From contig JAPDFW010000145.1 of assembly GCA_028826165.1 (NCBI GenBank), forward strand, positions 1-64,000: a DNA stretch of 64,000 nt, read 5' to 3'. A program made the position numbers and the translations under genes. The stretch comes from Anaeramoeba ignava BMAN. Its lineage: Eukaryota; Protista; Anaeramoebae. Each line of letters opens with the position of its first letter. Position 1 is the first letter of the stretch. Below, in pieces: positions 12,449 through 26,459 of the stretch. Under the pieces are notes generated by a model. That model saw only the letters and a list, made by a program, of their open reading frames with translations, had not been told where the DNA came from and did no database searches.

Positions 12449-13595
12449 TTATTTTTTCAAAAATTCATAATCTTTTTCAAAATAGCATTGAGCATCTTGC
12501 GTGGAATTAAATTTCTGAACAAGATCTTGCCATGTTTGGAAAGGATTTTCAAGAAATTCTTTTCGATAACTTGCTAAAGTACGCTTTAGCCAACCAAATC
12601 CCATTTCGATTGGGTTGAGTTCTGGGGAATATGGTGGAAGGTAAATAATTAAGTGATTGAATTCCTGATAATATCCTTTGACAAGGTTATCCACAGAATG
12701 ATGGATAGAGCAATTATCCATGACTACTGCAGACGATTCTGATAGAAGTGGAAGCAAAACTTCGATCATAAATTGTGCAAATTTAACTCCATTAATTGAA
12801 TCTTGATATGAATCCATACAAACAAATCCATTATTAGACAGTGCACATATTGAATTTATCCGATGTTTCTCATCTTTTGCAATAAAAGGCGATAAAATTT
12901 CTTCGTTTTTTTTTGTGAAAAGAATCTAAATTCACACCAACTTCATCAATAAAAATAACATTGTTGTCTCCAAATAGATCAAATATTTCTTTCATATATT
13001 CCTTGAATTTGGCATGGAAATGCTTGTTTTCTTCTGTAAACTTTCTCGGAGATCTCAAAGATAGTTTCTTTTTGGAATATTTTAATTGATTCGTGATATA
13101 TTTATATAAACTAGAAATCGAAATATCTAAGCTAAATTCCTCATTTAATTTCGATTGAATTTCTCGAATATATATTGAGGGTTGTTTCTTGATTTCATTT
13201 TTGATAAATTCTTCATGTGTCAATGTTAATTTCTTTTTCGAATTGGAAGTTTTATGTGAATTTTTTATGATCTTTTCTGTTGTTTTGATTATCGCTTCTA
13301 CAAAAATATAATGAAAATCCTCTTCAACCATCATCTCTACTTTTTCCGAAAACAAGGCTGCTACATTTTTTACAAATTTTTGATTAAGTTTATGAATATA
13401 TGAATGCCCTACGCACAAAATTTCTTCCATTTGTGCAAATGTGAGATGAGATTTGTCTTTGAAAATTTCACAAATTAAGTTTTCGCTCAGTAATAATAAT
13501 ACTTGAATTACAACCCTTGGTTCATAGGAATACCCAGGAAAATACACATTGCCTGTTTTGTTTAACTGAAAATTGAAAATTTTCTTTGTGTCCAT
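12449..13595 (-). pseudogene. IS630/Tc1-mariner superfamily DDE transposase (DD36E) split by a frameshift
   Basis: Catalytic motifs IFIDEVG, VVMDNCSIH and YLPPYSPELNPIE, with 36 residues between the second D and the E. HTH-like segment PSIYIREIQSKLNEEFSLDISISSLYKYI. The two ORFs are joined by a shift in the A9 run (12906-12914) into NEEILSPFIAKDEKHRINSICALSNNG. Confidence 0.9.
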
Positions 13596-13809
13596 TTCTA
13601 AAAAAAAAATGATTTTTTTATTTTTTTATTTTTTTCATTTTTTTCATTTTTTTTTTCTCAAAGAATAATTATAAAAATAAAAATAATATCAATAAAATGA
13701 AAGGAAATCTCATAAAAGAATAAAATATTCAATCCAATCCAATCCAATTCAATTCAAAAGTAAATTTATTTATTTATTTATTTAAAAATTTAAAAATTTA
13801 ATTTTATTT

Positions 13810-15465
13810 TTATTTCAATTATAAATAATTAAATAATAAATTTAAATTAATTATTTTATTTCTATTCTTAATTTTATATTTATTTTAAATTATAAAATTA
13901 TATTTTATTATTTATTTTTATTATTAATTATTTAATTAAATATTTTTATTATTTTTATTTCAATTATAAATAATTAAATAATAAATTTAAATTATTTATT
14001 TTATTTCTATTATTTATTTTATATTTATTTCAAATTATAAAATTATATTTTATTATTTATTTTTATTATTAATTATTTAATTAAATATTTTTATTATTTT
14101 TATTTCAATTATAAATAATTAAATAATAAATTTAAATTAATTATTTTATTTCTATTATTAATTTTATATTTATTTTAAATTATAAAATTATTTTTTATTA
14201 TTTATTTTTATTATTAATTATTTAATTAATTATTTTTATTATTTTTATTTCAATTATAAATAATTAAATAATAAATTTAAATTAATTATTTTATTTCTAT
14301 TATTAATTTTATATTTATTTTAAATTATAAAACTATTTTTTATTATTTATTTTTATTATTAATTATTTAATTAAATATTTTTATTATTTTTATTTCAATT
14401 ATAAATAATTAAATAATAAATTTAAATTATTTATTTTATTTCTATTATTTATTTTATATTTATTTTAAATTATAAAATTATATTTTATTATTTATTTTTT
14501 ATTATTAATTATTTATTTAAATATTTTTATTATTTTTATTTCAATTATAAATAATTAAATAATAAATTTAAATTAATTATTTTATTTCTATTATTAATTT
14601 TATATTTATTTTAAATTTATAAAATTATATTTTTATTAATTATTTTTATTATTAATTATTTAATTAATTATTTTTATTATTTTTATTTCAATTATAAATA
14701 ATTAAATAATAAATTTAAATTAAATATTTTATTTCTATTATTAATTTTATATTTATTTTAAATTATAAAATTATATTTTTTTATTATTTATTTTTATTAT
14801 AAATTATTTAATTTAAATATTTTTATTATTTTTATTTCAATTATAAATAATTAAATAATAAATTTAAATTAATTATTTTATTTTATATTATTTTTTATTT
14901 TTATTTTAAAATTATAAAATTATATTTTATTATTTATTTTTATTATTAATTATTTAATTAAATATTTTATTATTTTTATTTCAATTATAAATAATTAAAT
15001 AATAAATTTAAATTAATTATTTTATTTCTATTATTAATTTTATATTTATTTTAAATTATAAAATTATATTTTTATTATTTATTTTTATTATTAATTATTT
15101 AATTAAATATTTTTATTATTTTTATTTCAATTATAAATAATTAAATAATAAATTTAAATTAAATATTTTATTTCTATTATTAATTTTATATTTATTTCAA
15201 ATTATAAAATTATATTTTATTATTTATTTTTATTATTAATTATTTAATTAAATATTTTTATTATTTTTATTTCAATTATAAATAATTAAATAATAAATTT
15301 AAATTAATTATTTTATTTCTATTATTAATTTTATATTTATTTTAAATTATAAAATTATATTTTATTATTTATTTTTATTATTAATTATTTAATTAAATAT
15401 TTTTATTATTTTTATTTCAATTATAAATAATTAAATAATAAATTTAAATTTATTATTTATTTCTA
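13810..15465. repeat. 145-bp AT-rich tandem satellite
   Basis: Same unit as 7695-8765, about 11 copies. Confidence 0.92.
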
Positions 15466-15967
15466 TTATTTTTTATTAGGTTAAATAGGTTTTAAATTGA
15501 AAATTTTGATTAGTGCTTTTATTTTTTAAAAACAAAAAAACAAAAAAAAATTCACTTTCAAAAACATTTTAATTAATGTAATCTTTATAAAATCAAAAAT
15601 CAAAAATCAAAAATGAAAAATGAAAAGAATTTATAATTAATTAATTAATTAATTGATTCTAAATTAATTAATACAAGATTCAAAAATAATTAACAAAATC
15701 TTTTTAATTATTTAAAATATAAAAGAATCAAAAAATAATCAATATTAATATTAATATTAATAATATTAAAATCAATTTTTCTTTCAATATCAATAATCAA
15801 AACAAAAAAACTATTCATTAACAAAATAAATTTATTAATATTAATTCTAAATTTTTAATTTTTAATTTTAGTTATAATTTACATTTATTGAAGGAAATTT
15901 CTTATTGTTGTTATTGTTCTTGTTCTTGTTGATAATTTAAAACAAAAATAACGAAAAATAAATTGAT

Positions 15968-16100
15968 TGATTTTCAGATTGATTTTCAGATTGATTTTCA
16001 GATTGATTTTTAGATTTATTTTCAGATTGATTTTCAGATTTATTTTCAGATTTATTTTCAGATTTATTTTCAGATTTATTTTCAGATTTATTTTCAGATT
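15968..16100. repeat. 12-bp minisatellite (TTTTCAGATTTA)
   Basis: Short array with the same flanks as 9272-9550. Confidence 0.93.
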
Positions 16101-16464
16101 GATTGATTGATTTAATTTGATTTATTTCTCTCTTTATTTGGATAATTTTGCTTTTTAAAAATGATTTAGAAACTATTGAATGAATACTTTACAAACCAAA
16201 TGAATTGATTTATTTTCATTTAAGAAGACAAATAACACATAATTTATATTTATATTTATATTTCTATTTATATTTTTCAATAAATAAAATAAAAAGAAAT
16301 GATTTTTTTATTTATCATTTTTGAAATAAAAATCAAAATAAAAATAAAAACCAAAATCAAAATCAAAACAATGTAAAGTTTGATTATAATTAATTACGAT
16401 TTATTTATAATTTATGAATGAAAAATTATTTTAGATTTTAATAATAAAAAAAAAATGAAAAAAA

Positions 16465-17010
16465 AAAAAATGAAAATAATATCAAGTTGAAGACTAACTA
16501 ACGTTTGGTTGCAATTTCTTAACTGAAAGTTATTCTAGATTTGGATAAAAAATTGAAATGAAAAAAAAAAATGAAAATAATATCAAGTTGAAGACTAAGT
16601 AACGTTTGGTTGCAATCTCTTAACTGAAAGTTATTTTAGATTTGGATAAAAAATTGAAATGAATAAAAAAAATGAAAATAATATCAAGTTGAAGACTGAG
16701 TAACGTTTGGTTGCAATTTCTTAACTAAAAGTTATTCTAGATTTGGATAAAAAATTGAAATGAAAAAAAAATGAAAAAAATTTGTAAAAAATAATGTAAA
16801 AAATAATGTAAAAATTGACAAAAAAATGAAAATAATATCAAGTTGAAGATTTATTTAACGTTTGGTTGCAATTTCTTAACTGAAAATTATTCTAGATTTG
16901 GATAAAAATTGAAATGAAAAAAATGAAAATAATATCAAGTTGAAAACTAAATTTAATTTTATTGCAATTTTTAACTAAAAATTATTCTAGATTTGGATAA
17001 AAATTGAAAT
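16465..17010. repeat. ~100-bp tandem repeat, 5 copies
   Basis: ATCAAGTTGAAGACT..TAACGTTTGGTTGCAATTTCTTAACTGAAAGTTATTCTAGATTTGGAT at 16481, 16582, 16683, 16837 and 16934. Confidence 0.9.
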
Positions 17011-17504
17011 GAAAAAATGAAAAAAATGAAAAAATTTTTATGATTTTTTTCATTTTTTGTTATTTTTTATTAATTTTTAAAAATTTTTGTATAAATTTAC
17101 ATTATTTCATCCTCAGTCAATCGAAAACGACTTAATAAAAAATTTAAATTAAAAATTAAAAATCAATTTATTTATATATTTTATTAAACAAATTTATTTT
17201 ATTTTATTTATTAATTTTTAAAAAAATAAAAATCAAAAATTTCAAAATTTCTAAATTTATATTTATTTTATAATTTATAATTTATTAAAATAATTAATTA
17301 AATTTCTTTTCACTTCATTTAGATTCAATTTATCTGATTATTATCTATTATTTATTTATTTATTATTTTAAATTATTTTATTTTTATTAATAAATTTTCA
17401 ATTTTGGAAAAATCAATCAATTAAATTAAAAATAATAATCAATCAATAATTTATTTCTAATTCATTTCATTTTTTCATTTCCAAAAATTTAAATCAAAAT
17501 TTAA

Positions 17505-18240
17505 AAATCAATTTATTTATATATATTATAAACAAATTTATAACAAAATAATTAATTAATTTAATTTCAATTTATTTATAATTTATATTCAAAAATAAAA
17601 ATCAATTTCTCTCTATATATAAAATATATAAATTTAATTTTCAATTTATTTATAATTTAAATTAAAAATAAAAATCAATTTATTTATATATATTATAAAC
17701 AAATTTATAACAAAATAATTAATTAATTTAATTTTCAATTTATTTATAATTTATATTCAAAAATAAAAATCAATTTCTCTCTATATATAAAATATATAAA
17801 TTTATTTTTCAATTTATTTATAATTTAAATTAAAAATAAAAATCAATTTATTTATATATATTATAAACAAATTTATAACAAAATAATTTATTAATTTAAT
17901 TTCCAATTTATTTATAATTTATATTCAAAAATAAAAATCAATTTCTCTCTATATATAAAATATATAAATTTAATTTTCAATTTATTTTTAAATTTAAATA
18001 AAAATAAAAAAATCAATTTATTTATATATATTATAAACAAATTTATAACAAAATAATTAATTAATTTAATTTCAATTTATTTATAATTTATATTCAAAAA
18101 TAAAAATCAATTTCTCTCTATATATAAAATATATAAATTTAATTTTCAATTTATTTATAATTTAAATTAAAAATAAAAAAAATCAATTTATTTATATATA
18201 TTATAAACAAATTTATAACAAAATAATTTATAAATTTAAA
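17505..18240. repeat. ~170-bp tandem satellite
   Basis: Same unit as 1855-3960. Confidence 0.9.
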
Positions 18241-20651
18241 TTCAAAAATAAAAAATCAATAATTTCAAAAATCTAAATTTATACTTATTTATATCATTAT
18301 TTATATTTATAATTTATCAAAGGTAATTAATTAATTAAATTTCTTTTTCACTTCATTTAGATTCAATTTATCTGATTATTATCTATTATTTATTTATTTA
18401 TTATTTTAAATTATTTTATTTTTATTAAATAAATTTTGATTTGGAAAATATCAATCAATTAATTAATAATCAATCAATAATTTATTTCTAATTCATTTCA
18501 TTTTTTTTTCATTTCCAAAATTTAAATCAAAATTTAAATTTTAAATCAAATTCAAAATCAAAATTTAAATCAAAATTTAAATCAAATTTAAATCAAATTC
18601 AAAATTCAAAATCTATTGATAATTTGTTCTGAAAATAAAATCTAAATATAAATATAAAAAACAAAATCAAATTGATATTATTTTTATATGTTTTATTTAG
18701 AAACAAAAAAAAATCATCAAATTTGTTTTGTTTTGTTTGTTTCATTTCTTTTAATATTTTTATCTAAAATAAATAAATTAAAAATCCAATTTTTCTTTTT
18801 CTTTTCTTTTCTTTTTTTATTGATTCAAAATATTCCATAAAAATAAAAATAAAAAATAAAAAAAATTGATTATTAATTTTTTTATAAGTTTTTGGAATTC
18901 CTTAAAATGTCTGTATTCATTTTAAAATATTTATCATTTTATTATTTTATTATTTTATTATTTATTTTTATTATTAATAAATTTAAATTATTGATTTTAT
19001 TTCTATTCTTAATTTTATATTTAATTTAAATTATAAAATTATATTTTATTATTTATTTTTATTATTAATAAATTTAAATTATTTATTTTATTTCTATTAT
19101 TAATTTTATATTTAATTTAAATTATAAAATTATATTTTATTATTTATTTTTATTATTAATTATTTAATTAATTATTTTTATTTATTTTGAAAACTTTTTA
19201 TTTCAAGACAATTTAATATCTAAATCCAAAACTACTTTATTAACTAATTTACTTGTAAGTTTATTTTAATTCACAAAATTTATAAATTTATAAATTAATT
19301 AATTAATTTTACTTATATTTTTATTTTTATATTAGATAAAATCTTTATTTTATTCATTTTCAATTCTTCCAAAAAAAAAATCATTATTTATAATCCACAA
19401 TTTACCAAAATTAATTAATTAATTATTTATTTATTTATTGAATTAATGAAACTTCTTTTTCACTTCATTTAGATTAGATTAGATTAGATTAGATTAGATT
19501 CAATTTATCTGATTATTTATTTATTTATTTATTTATTATTATTCATTTATTAATTTATTCCAAATTATTTTTATTTATATTTTTATTTATAAATAAATGG
19601 ATTTTTGATTTGGAAAATATCATTAATTAATTAATAAAATTAATTAAATTATTTTTAATTTTTCATTTTTCATTTTTCATTTTTCATTTTTTCATTTTTT
19701 CATTTTTTTCTTAGAAGAATAAAAATTATAAAATAAAAATAAAAATAAATTATCACAAAATGAAAGGAAATTCAAAACTAATAAAAATCAATTCAATTCA
19801 ATTCAATTCAATTCAATTCAAAAAAGTAAATTTATTTATTTATTTACTTAAAAATTTAAAAATTTAATTTTATTTTATTTCAATTATAAATAATTAAATT
19901 TAATAAATTAAAAATTTTATTTTATTTTATTATTTATTTTATATTTAATTTAAATTTTATAAAATTATATTTTTATTATTTATTTTTATTATTAATTATT
20001 TAATTAAATATTTTTATTATTTTTATTTCAATTATAAATAATTAAATAATAAATTTAAATTAATTATTTTTAAATTAATTATTTATTTTAAATTTATTTT
20101 TAATTTTTATTTATTATTTTTTTATTATTTTTATTGTATTTAGGTTTTAAATTGAAAATTTTGATTTATTATTTTATTTTATTTTTATTTTTTAAAACAA
20201 AAACAAAATATGTTTTTAGGTTTTCAAAAACATTTTAATTAATGTTTATTTTTATAAAATCAAAAATCAAAAATCAAAAATCAAAAATGAAAAGAATTTA
20301 TAATTAATTAATTAATTAATTAATTGATTCTAAATTAATTAATATAAGATTCAAAAATAATTAACAAAATCTTTTTAATTATTTAAAATGTAATCAAAAA
20401 TCAAAAAATCAAAAAATAATCAATATTAATATTAATAATAATATTAAAATCAATTTTTCTTTCAATATCAATAATCAAAACAAAAAAAACTATTCATTAA
20501 CAAAATAAATTTATTAATATTAATTCTAAATTTTTAATTTTTAATTTTAATTTTAATTTACATTTATTGAAGGAAATTTCTTATTGTTATTATTGTTCTT
20601 GTTGTTGTTGTTGTTGATAATTTAAAACAAAAATAACGAAAAATAAATTGA

Positions 20652-23232
20652 TTGATTTTCAGATTTATTTTTAGATTTATTTTCAGATTTATTTTCAGAT
20701 TTATTTTAAGATTTATTTTCAGATTTATTTTCAGATTTATTTTCAGATTTATTTTCAGATTTATTTTCAGATTTATTTTAAGATTTATTTTTAGATTTAT
20801 TTTAAGATTTTATTTTACAAAGATTTATTTTCAGATTTATTTTAAGATTTATTTTCAGATTTATTTTCAGATTTATTTTCAGATTTATTTTTAAGATTTA
20901 TTTTCAGATTTATTTTCAGATTGATTTTAATTTTAGATTTATTTTTAAGATTTATTTTTAGATTTATTTATTTTATTTTTAGATTTATTTTAAGATTTAT
21001 TTTTTGATTTATTTTCAGATTTATTTTCAGATTTATTTTCAGATTTATTTTCAATTTAGATTTTTTTTTTATTTTCAGATTTATTTTCAGATTTATTTTC
21101 AGATTTATTTTTAGATTTATTTTCAGATTTATTTTCAGATTTATTTTCAGATTTATTTTTAGATTTATTTTCAGATTTATTTTCAGATTTATTTTCAGAT
21201 TTATTTTCAGATTGATTTTCAGATTTATTTTCAGATTTATTTTCAGATTTATTTTCAGATTTATTTTTAGATTGATTTTTAGATTTATTTTCAGATTTAT
21301 TTTCAGATTTATTTTCAGATTTATTTTCAGATTTATTTTCAGATTTATTTTCAGATTTATTTTCAGATTTATTTTCAGATTTATTTTCAGATTTATTTTA
21401 AGATTTATTTTCAGATTTATTTTCAGATTTATTTTCAGATTTATTTTAGATTTATTTTCAGATTTATTTTCAGATTTATTTTCAGATTTATTTTAAGATT
21501 TATTTTCAGATTGATTTTCAGATTTATTTTCAGATTTATTTTCAGATTTATTTTCAGATTTATTTTTAAGATTTATTTTGATTTTTTTTAAGATTTATTT
21601 TCAGATTTATTTTCAGATTTATTTTCAGATTTATTTTCAGATTTATTTTCAGATTTATTTTCAGATTTATTTTTAGATTTATTTTCAGATTTATTTTTAG
21701 ATTTATTTTAAGATTTATTTTCAGATTTATTTTAAGATTTATTTTTAGATTGATTTTCAGATTTATTTTCAGATTTATTTTCAGATTTATTTTTAGATTT
21801 ATTTTAAGATTTATTTTAAGATTTATTTTTAGATTTATTTTCAGATTTATTTTAAGATTTATTTTCAGATTTATTTTCAGATTTATTTTTAGATTTATTT
21901 TCAGATTTATTTTCAGATTTATTTTCAGATTTATTTTCAGATTTATTTTCAGATTTATTTTTAGATTTATTTTCAGATTTATTTTCAGATTTATTTTTAG
22001 ATTTATTTTCAGATTTATTTTCAGATTTATTTTCAGATTTATTTTAAGATTTATTTTAAGATTTATTTTCAGATTTATTTTCAGATTTATTTTTAGATTG
22101 ATTTTCAGATTTATTTTCAGATTTATTTTCAGATTTATTTTCAGATTTATTTTCAGATTTATTTTCAGATTTATTTTTAGATTTATTTTCAGATTTATTT
22201 TCAGATTTATTTTCAGATTTATTTTCAGATTTATTTTCAGATTTATTTTCAGATTTATTTTCAGATTTATTTTAAGATTTATTTTCAGATTTATTTTCAG
22301 ATTTATTTTCAGATTTATTTTCAGATTTATTTTAAGATTTATTTTTAGATTTATTTTCAGATTTATTTTAAGATTTATTTTCAGATTTATTTTCAGATTT
22401 ATTTTCAGATTTATTTTCAGATTTATTTTCAGATTTATTTTCAGATTTATTTTCAGATTTATTTTCAGATTTATTTTCAGATTTATTTTCAGATTTATTT
22501 TCAGATTTATTTTCAGATTTATTTTCAGATTTATTTTCAGATTTATTTTCAGATTTATTTTCAGATTTATTTTCAGATTTATTTTCAGATTTATTTTCAG
22601 ATTTATTTTCAGATTTATTTTCAGATTGATTTTCAGATTTATTTTCAGATTTATTTTCAGATTTATTTTCAGATTTATTTTCAGATTTATTTTCAGATTT
22701 ATTTTCAGATTTATTTTCAGATTTATTTTCAGATTTATTTTTAGATTTATTTTCAGATTTATTTTCAGATTTATTTTAAGATTTATTTTCAGATTTATTT
22801 TCAGATTTATTTTCAGATTTATTTTCAGATTTATTTTCAGATTTATTTTCAGATTGATTTTAAGATTTATTTTCAGATTTATTTTAAGATTGATTTTCAG
22901 ATTTATTTTCAGATTTATTTTCAGATTTATTTTCAGATTTATTTTCAGATTTATTTTTAGATTTATTTTAAGATTTATTTTCAGATTTATTTTCAGATTT
23001 ATTTTCAGATTTATTTTCAGATTTATTTTTAGATTTATTTTAAGATTTATTTTCAGATTTATTTTCAGATTTATTTTCAGATTTATTTTCAGATTTATTT
23101 TCAGATTTATTTTTAGATTTATTTTCAGATTTATTTTCAGATTTATTTTCAGATTTATTTTCAGATTTATTTTCAGATTTATTTTTAGATTTATTTTTAG
23201 ATTTATTTTCAGATTTATTTTCAGATTGATTT
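20652..23232. repeat. 12-bp minisatellite (TTTTCAGATTTA), ~2.6 kb
   Basis: About 215 tandem units. Source of the 494-aa FIFR pseudo-ORF. Confidence 0.97.
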
Positions 23233-23333
23233 GATATTTATTTATTTGGCTTTTAAAAATGATTTAGAAACTATTGAATAAATAATTTACAAAACAAATG
23301 AATTGATTTATTTTCATTTAAGAAGACAAATAA

Positions 23334-23484
23334 TTTATATTTATATTTATATTTATATTTATATTTATATTTATATTTATATTTATATTTATATTTATAT
23401 TTATATTTATATTTATATTTATATTTATATTTATATTTATATTTATATTTATATTTATATTTATATTTATATTTATATTTATAT
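23334..23484. repeat. (TTTATA)n microsatellite
   Basis: Pure hexamer run. Shorter paralogs at ~16243 and ~27173. Confidence 0.95.
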
Positions 23485-24055
23485 TTTCAATAAATAAAAT
23501 AAAAAGAAATGATTTTTTATTTATTTATTTATTTATTTAACATTTTTGAAATCAAAATCAAAATCAAAATCAAAATCAAAATCAAAATCAAAATCAAAAT
23601 CAAAATAAAAATCATGTAAACTTTGAATGTAATTAATTAATTTATTTATTATTTATTTATTTATAAATTAAAAATTATTTTAGATTTTAATTAATTAATA
23701 AATAAATAAATAAATAAATAAATAATAAAAGATTGAAGTAAATAAATAATATAAACAAAAAAAAATGAAAATAAAAATAAATATAAATATAAACTTTCAA
23801 AGTAATTGAAATTTAGATACAATTCCTTAATTAAAATTATTCTAAATTTAAATAAAAAAAATTGAAAAGAAAAAATGGAAAAAAATGTTTTTGTGGATTT
23901 TTTTTTAAAAAGTGGAATTCATTTTTTCTTCTTCATTTTTCATTTTTTCTTTTTTATATATATAATATATAAATAAATCTATTGAAAATTGAAAAAAATT
24001 TGAAAATAAAAATAAAAATAAAAATAAAAATAAAAATAAAAATAAAAATAAAAAA

Positions 24056-24151
24056 GGGGGATGTTCATCTTTGGCAATGTTTTAAGCTTTGAAATTAGCC
24101 ACCCGCCCAAAGAAAAAGCTGGTGTTAACATACTCACCCGAGTCTACGCCC
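24056..24151. ncRNA. GC-rich structured island A, copy 2
   Basis: Identical to 6468-6563. Confidence 0.35.
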
Positions 24152-24279
24152 TTATTTATTTCTAATTATTAATTATTAATCAATCCAAATTAAATCAATT
24201 TAAAATCAATTTAATAATTAATAATTCTAATCAAAATTGAACAATATAAGAACAATAATGAAAAGAAATAAATAAGAAA

Positions 24280-24427
24280 CGCGACATTTGTCGTCTTCGT
24301 GTAAAGCCCCAAGTCGTCAACTGAGCCTCCCCGCCGTAGCGTAGCGGAGAGGCCGAAGGCCGGTGCATTGGGGGAGGTGAAGTTGAAAGACATTGGGGCA
24401 TTTACTCGAAAAACGACAAAGTACGCG
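24280..24427. other. GC-rich long imperfect hairpin B, copy 2
   Basis: Near-identical to 6692-6841. Here TTGGGGC pairs perfectly with GCCCCAA, and the flanking ATAAGAAA/TTTCTTAT extends the stem. Confidence 0.8.
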
Positions 24428-25289
24428 ATATGATCCTTTCTTATATTTATATTTATATTTATATTTATATATTTATATTTATATTTATATATTTTATTTC
24501 AAGTAAATTTAATATCTAAATCCAAAAATTACTTTATTAACTAATTTATTATTTGTAAGTTTATTTTAATTTCCAAAAATAAATAAATTAATTAATTAAT
24601 TAATTTTATTCTATTTATAATTAATATTTATTCTAATTTATTTTTATATTTATATTTATATTAGATAAAATGTTTATTTTATTTTATTTTATTTTATTTT
24701 ATTCATCTTCATTTCCAAAATAAAAATAATTCCAAAAAAAATCTAAATTTATATTTATTAATATCTATCATTATTTATAATTATAATTTATCAAAATTAA
24801 TTAATGGAATTTCTTTTTCAATTAAATTAAATTAGATTAGATTAAATTAGATTAGATTTATCTATTATTCTAAATTATTTATCATTTTAAAATTATTTTT
24901 ATTTATTTATTTATTTTTATTTTTTTTTATTTTTAAATAAATAAATTTTGATTTTGGAAAATATCATTAATTGATTAATAAATAATAAAATAAAATAAAT
25001 CAATAATTTATTTCTAATTCATTTTTGTTTTTGTTTTTGTTTTTGTTTTTGTTTTTAATAATTTTTATTTTTAAATTTCCAAATTCATTTTTCATTTTTC
25101 ATTTTTCATTTTTTTCTTTTCAAAGAATATTTATAAATATAAATATAAATATAAAAATTACCTTTAGAAAATGAAAGGAAACACCAAACACTAAAAAATA
25201 TTCAAATTCAAATTAATTTAAAAGTAAATTTAGATTATTAATTTATTTATTTATTTATTTACAATTTAAAAATTTAATTTAAATTCTTA

Positions 25290-25945
25290 TTTCAATTATA
25301 AATAATTAAATAATAAATTTAAATTAAATATTTTATTTTATTATTAATTTTATATTTTATTTTAAATTATAAAATTATATTTTTTTATTTTATTTTTTTT
25401 ATTATTAATTATTTAATTAAATATTTTTATTATTTTTATTTCAATTATAAATAATTAAATAATAAATTTAAATTAATTATTTTATTTCTATTATTTATTT
25501 TATATTTATTTTAAATTATAAAATTATATTTTTATTATTTATTTTTATTATTAATTATTTAATTTATTATTTTTTTATTATTTTATTTCAATTATAAATA
25601 ATTAAATAATAAATTTAAATTAATTATTTTATTTCTATTATTAATTTTATATTTATTTCAAATTATAAAATTATTTTATTATTTATTTTTATTATTAATT
25701 ATTTAATTAATTATTTTTATTATTTTTATTTCAATTATAAATAATTAAATAATAAATTTAAATTAATTATTTTATTTCTATTATTAATTTTATATTTATT
25801 TCAAATTATAAAATTATTTTTATTATTTATTTTTATTATTAATTATTTAATTAAATATTTTTATTATTTTTATTTCAATTATAAATAATTAAATAATAAA
25901 TTTAAATTAATTATTTTATTTCTATTATTAATTTTATATTTATTT
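25290..25945. repeat. 145-bp AT-rich tandem satellite
   Basis: Same unit as 7695-8765. Confidence 0.9.
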
Positions 25946-26459
25946 TATTTATTATTTTTTATTAGGTTAAATAGGTTTTAAATTGAAAATTTTGATTAGT
26001 GCTTTTATTTTTTAAAAACAAAAAAACAAAAATAAATTCATTTTCAAAAACATTTTAATTAATGTAATCTTTATAAAATCAAAAATCAAAAATCAAAAAT
26101 CAAAAATGAAAAGAATTTATAATTAATTAATTAATTAATTAATTGATTCTAAATTAATTAATATAAGATTCAAAAATAATTAACAAAATCTTTTTATTTA
26201 TTTAAAATATCAAAAATCAAAAAATCAAAAAATAATCAATATTAATATTAATAATAATAATATAATAATATTAAAATTAATTTTTCTTTCAATATAAATA
26301 ATCAAAACAAAAAAACTATTCATTAACAAAATAAATTTATTAATATTAATTCTAAATTTTTAATTTTTAATTTTAATTTTAATTTACATTTATTGAAGGA
26401 AATTTCTTGTTGTTCTTGTTGTTGATAATTTAAAACAAAAATAACGAAAAATAAATTGA

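Larger units (their letters stand above)
10030..13610 (-). mobile_element. IS630/Tc1-mariner-type two-gene transposon insertion (ends not resolved)
   Basis: Unique, more GC-rich block interrupting the spacer repeats. It contains a DDE transposase and a co-oriented second gene. Spacer homology stops at AAAGAAATGATTTT (~10026) and resumes at ~13620. No terminal inverted repeats were found. Confidence 0.7.
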
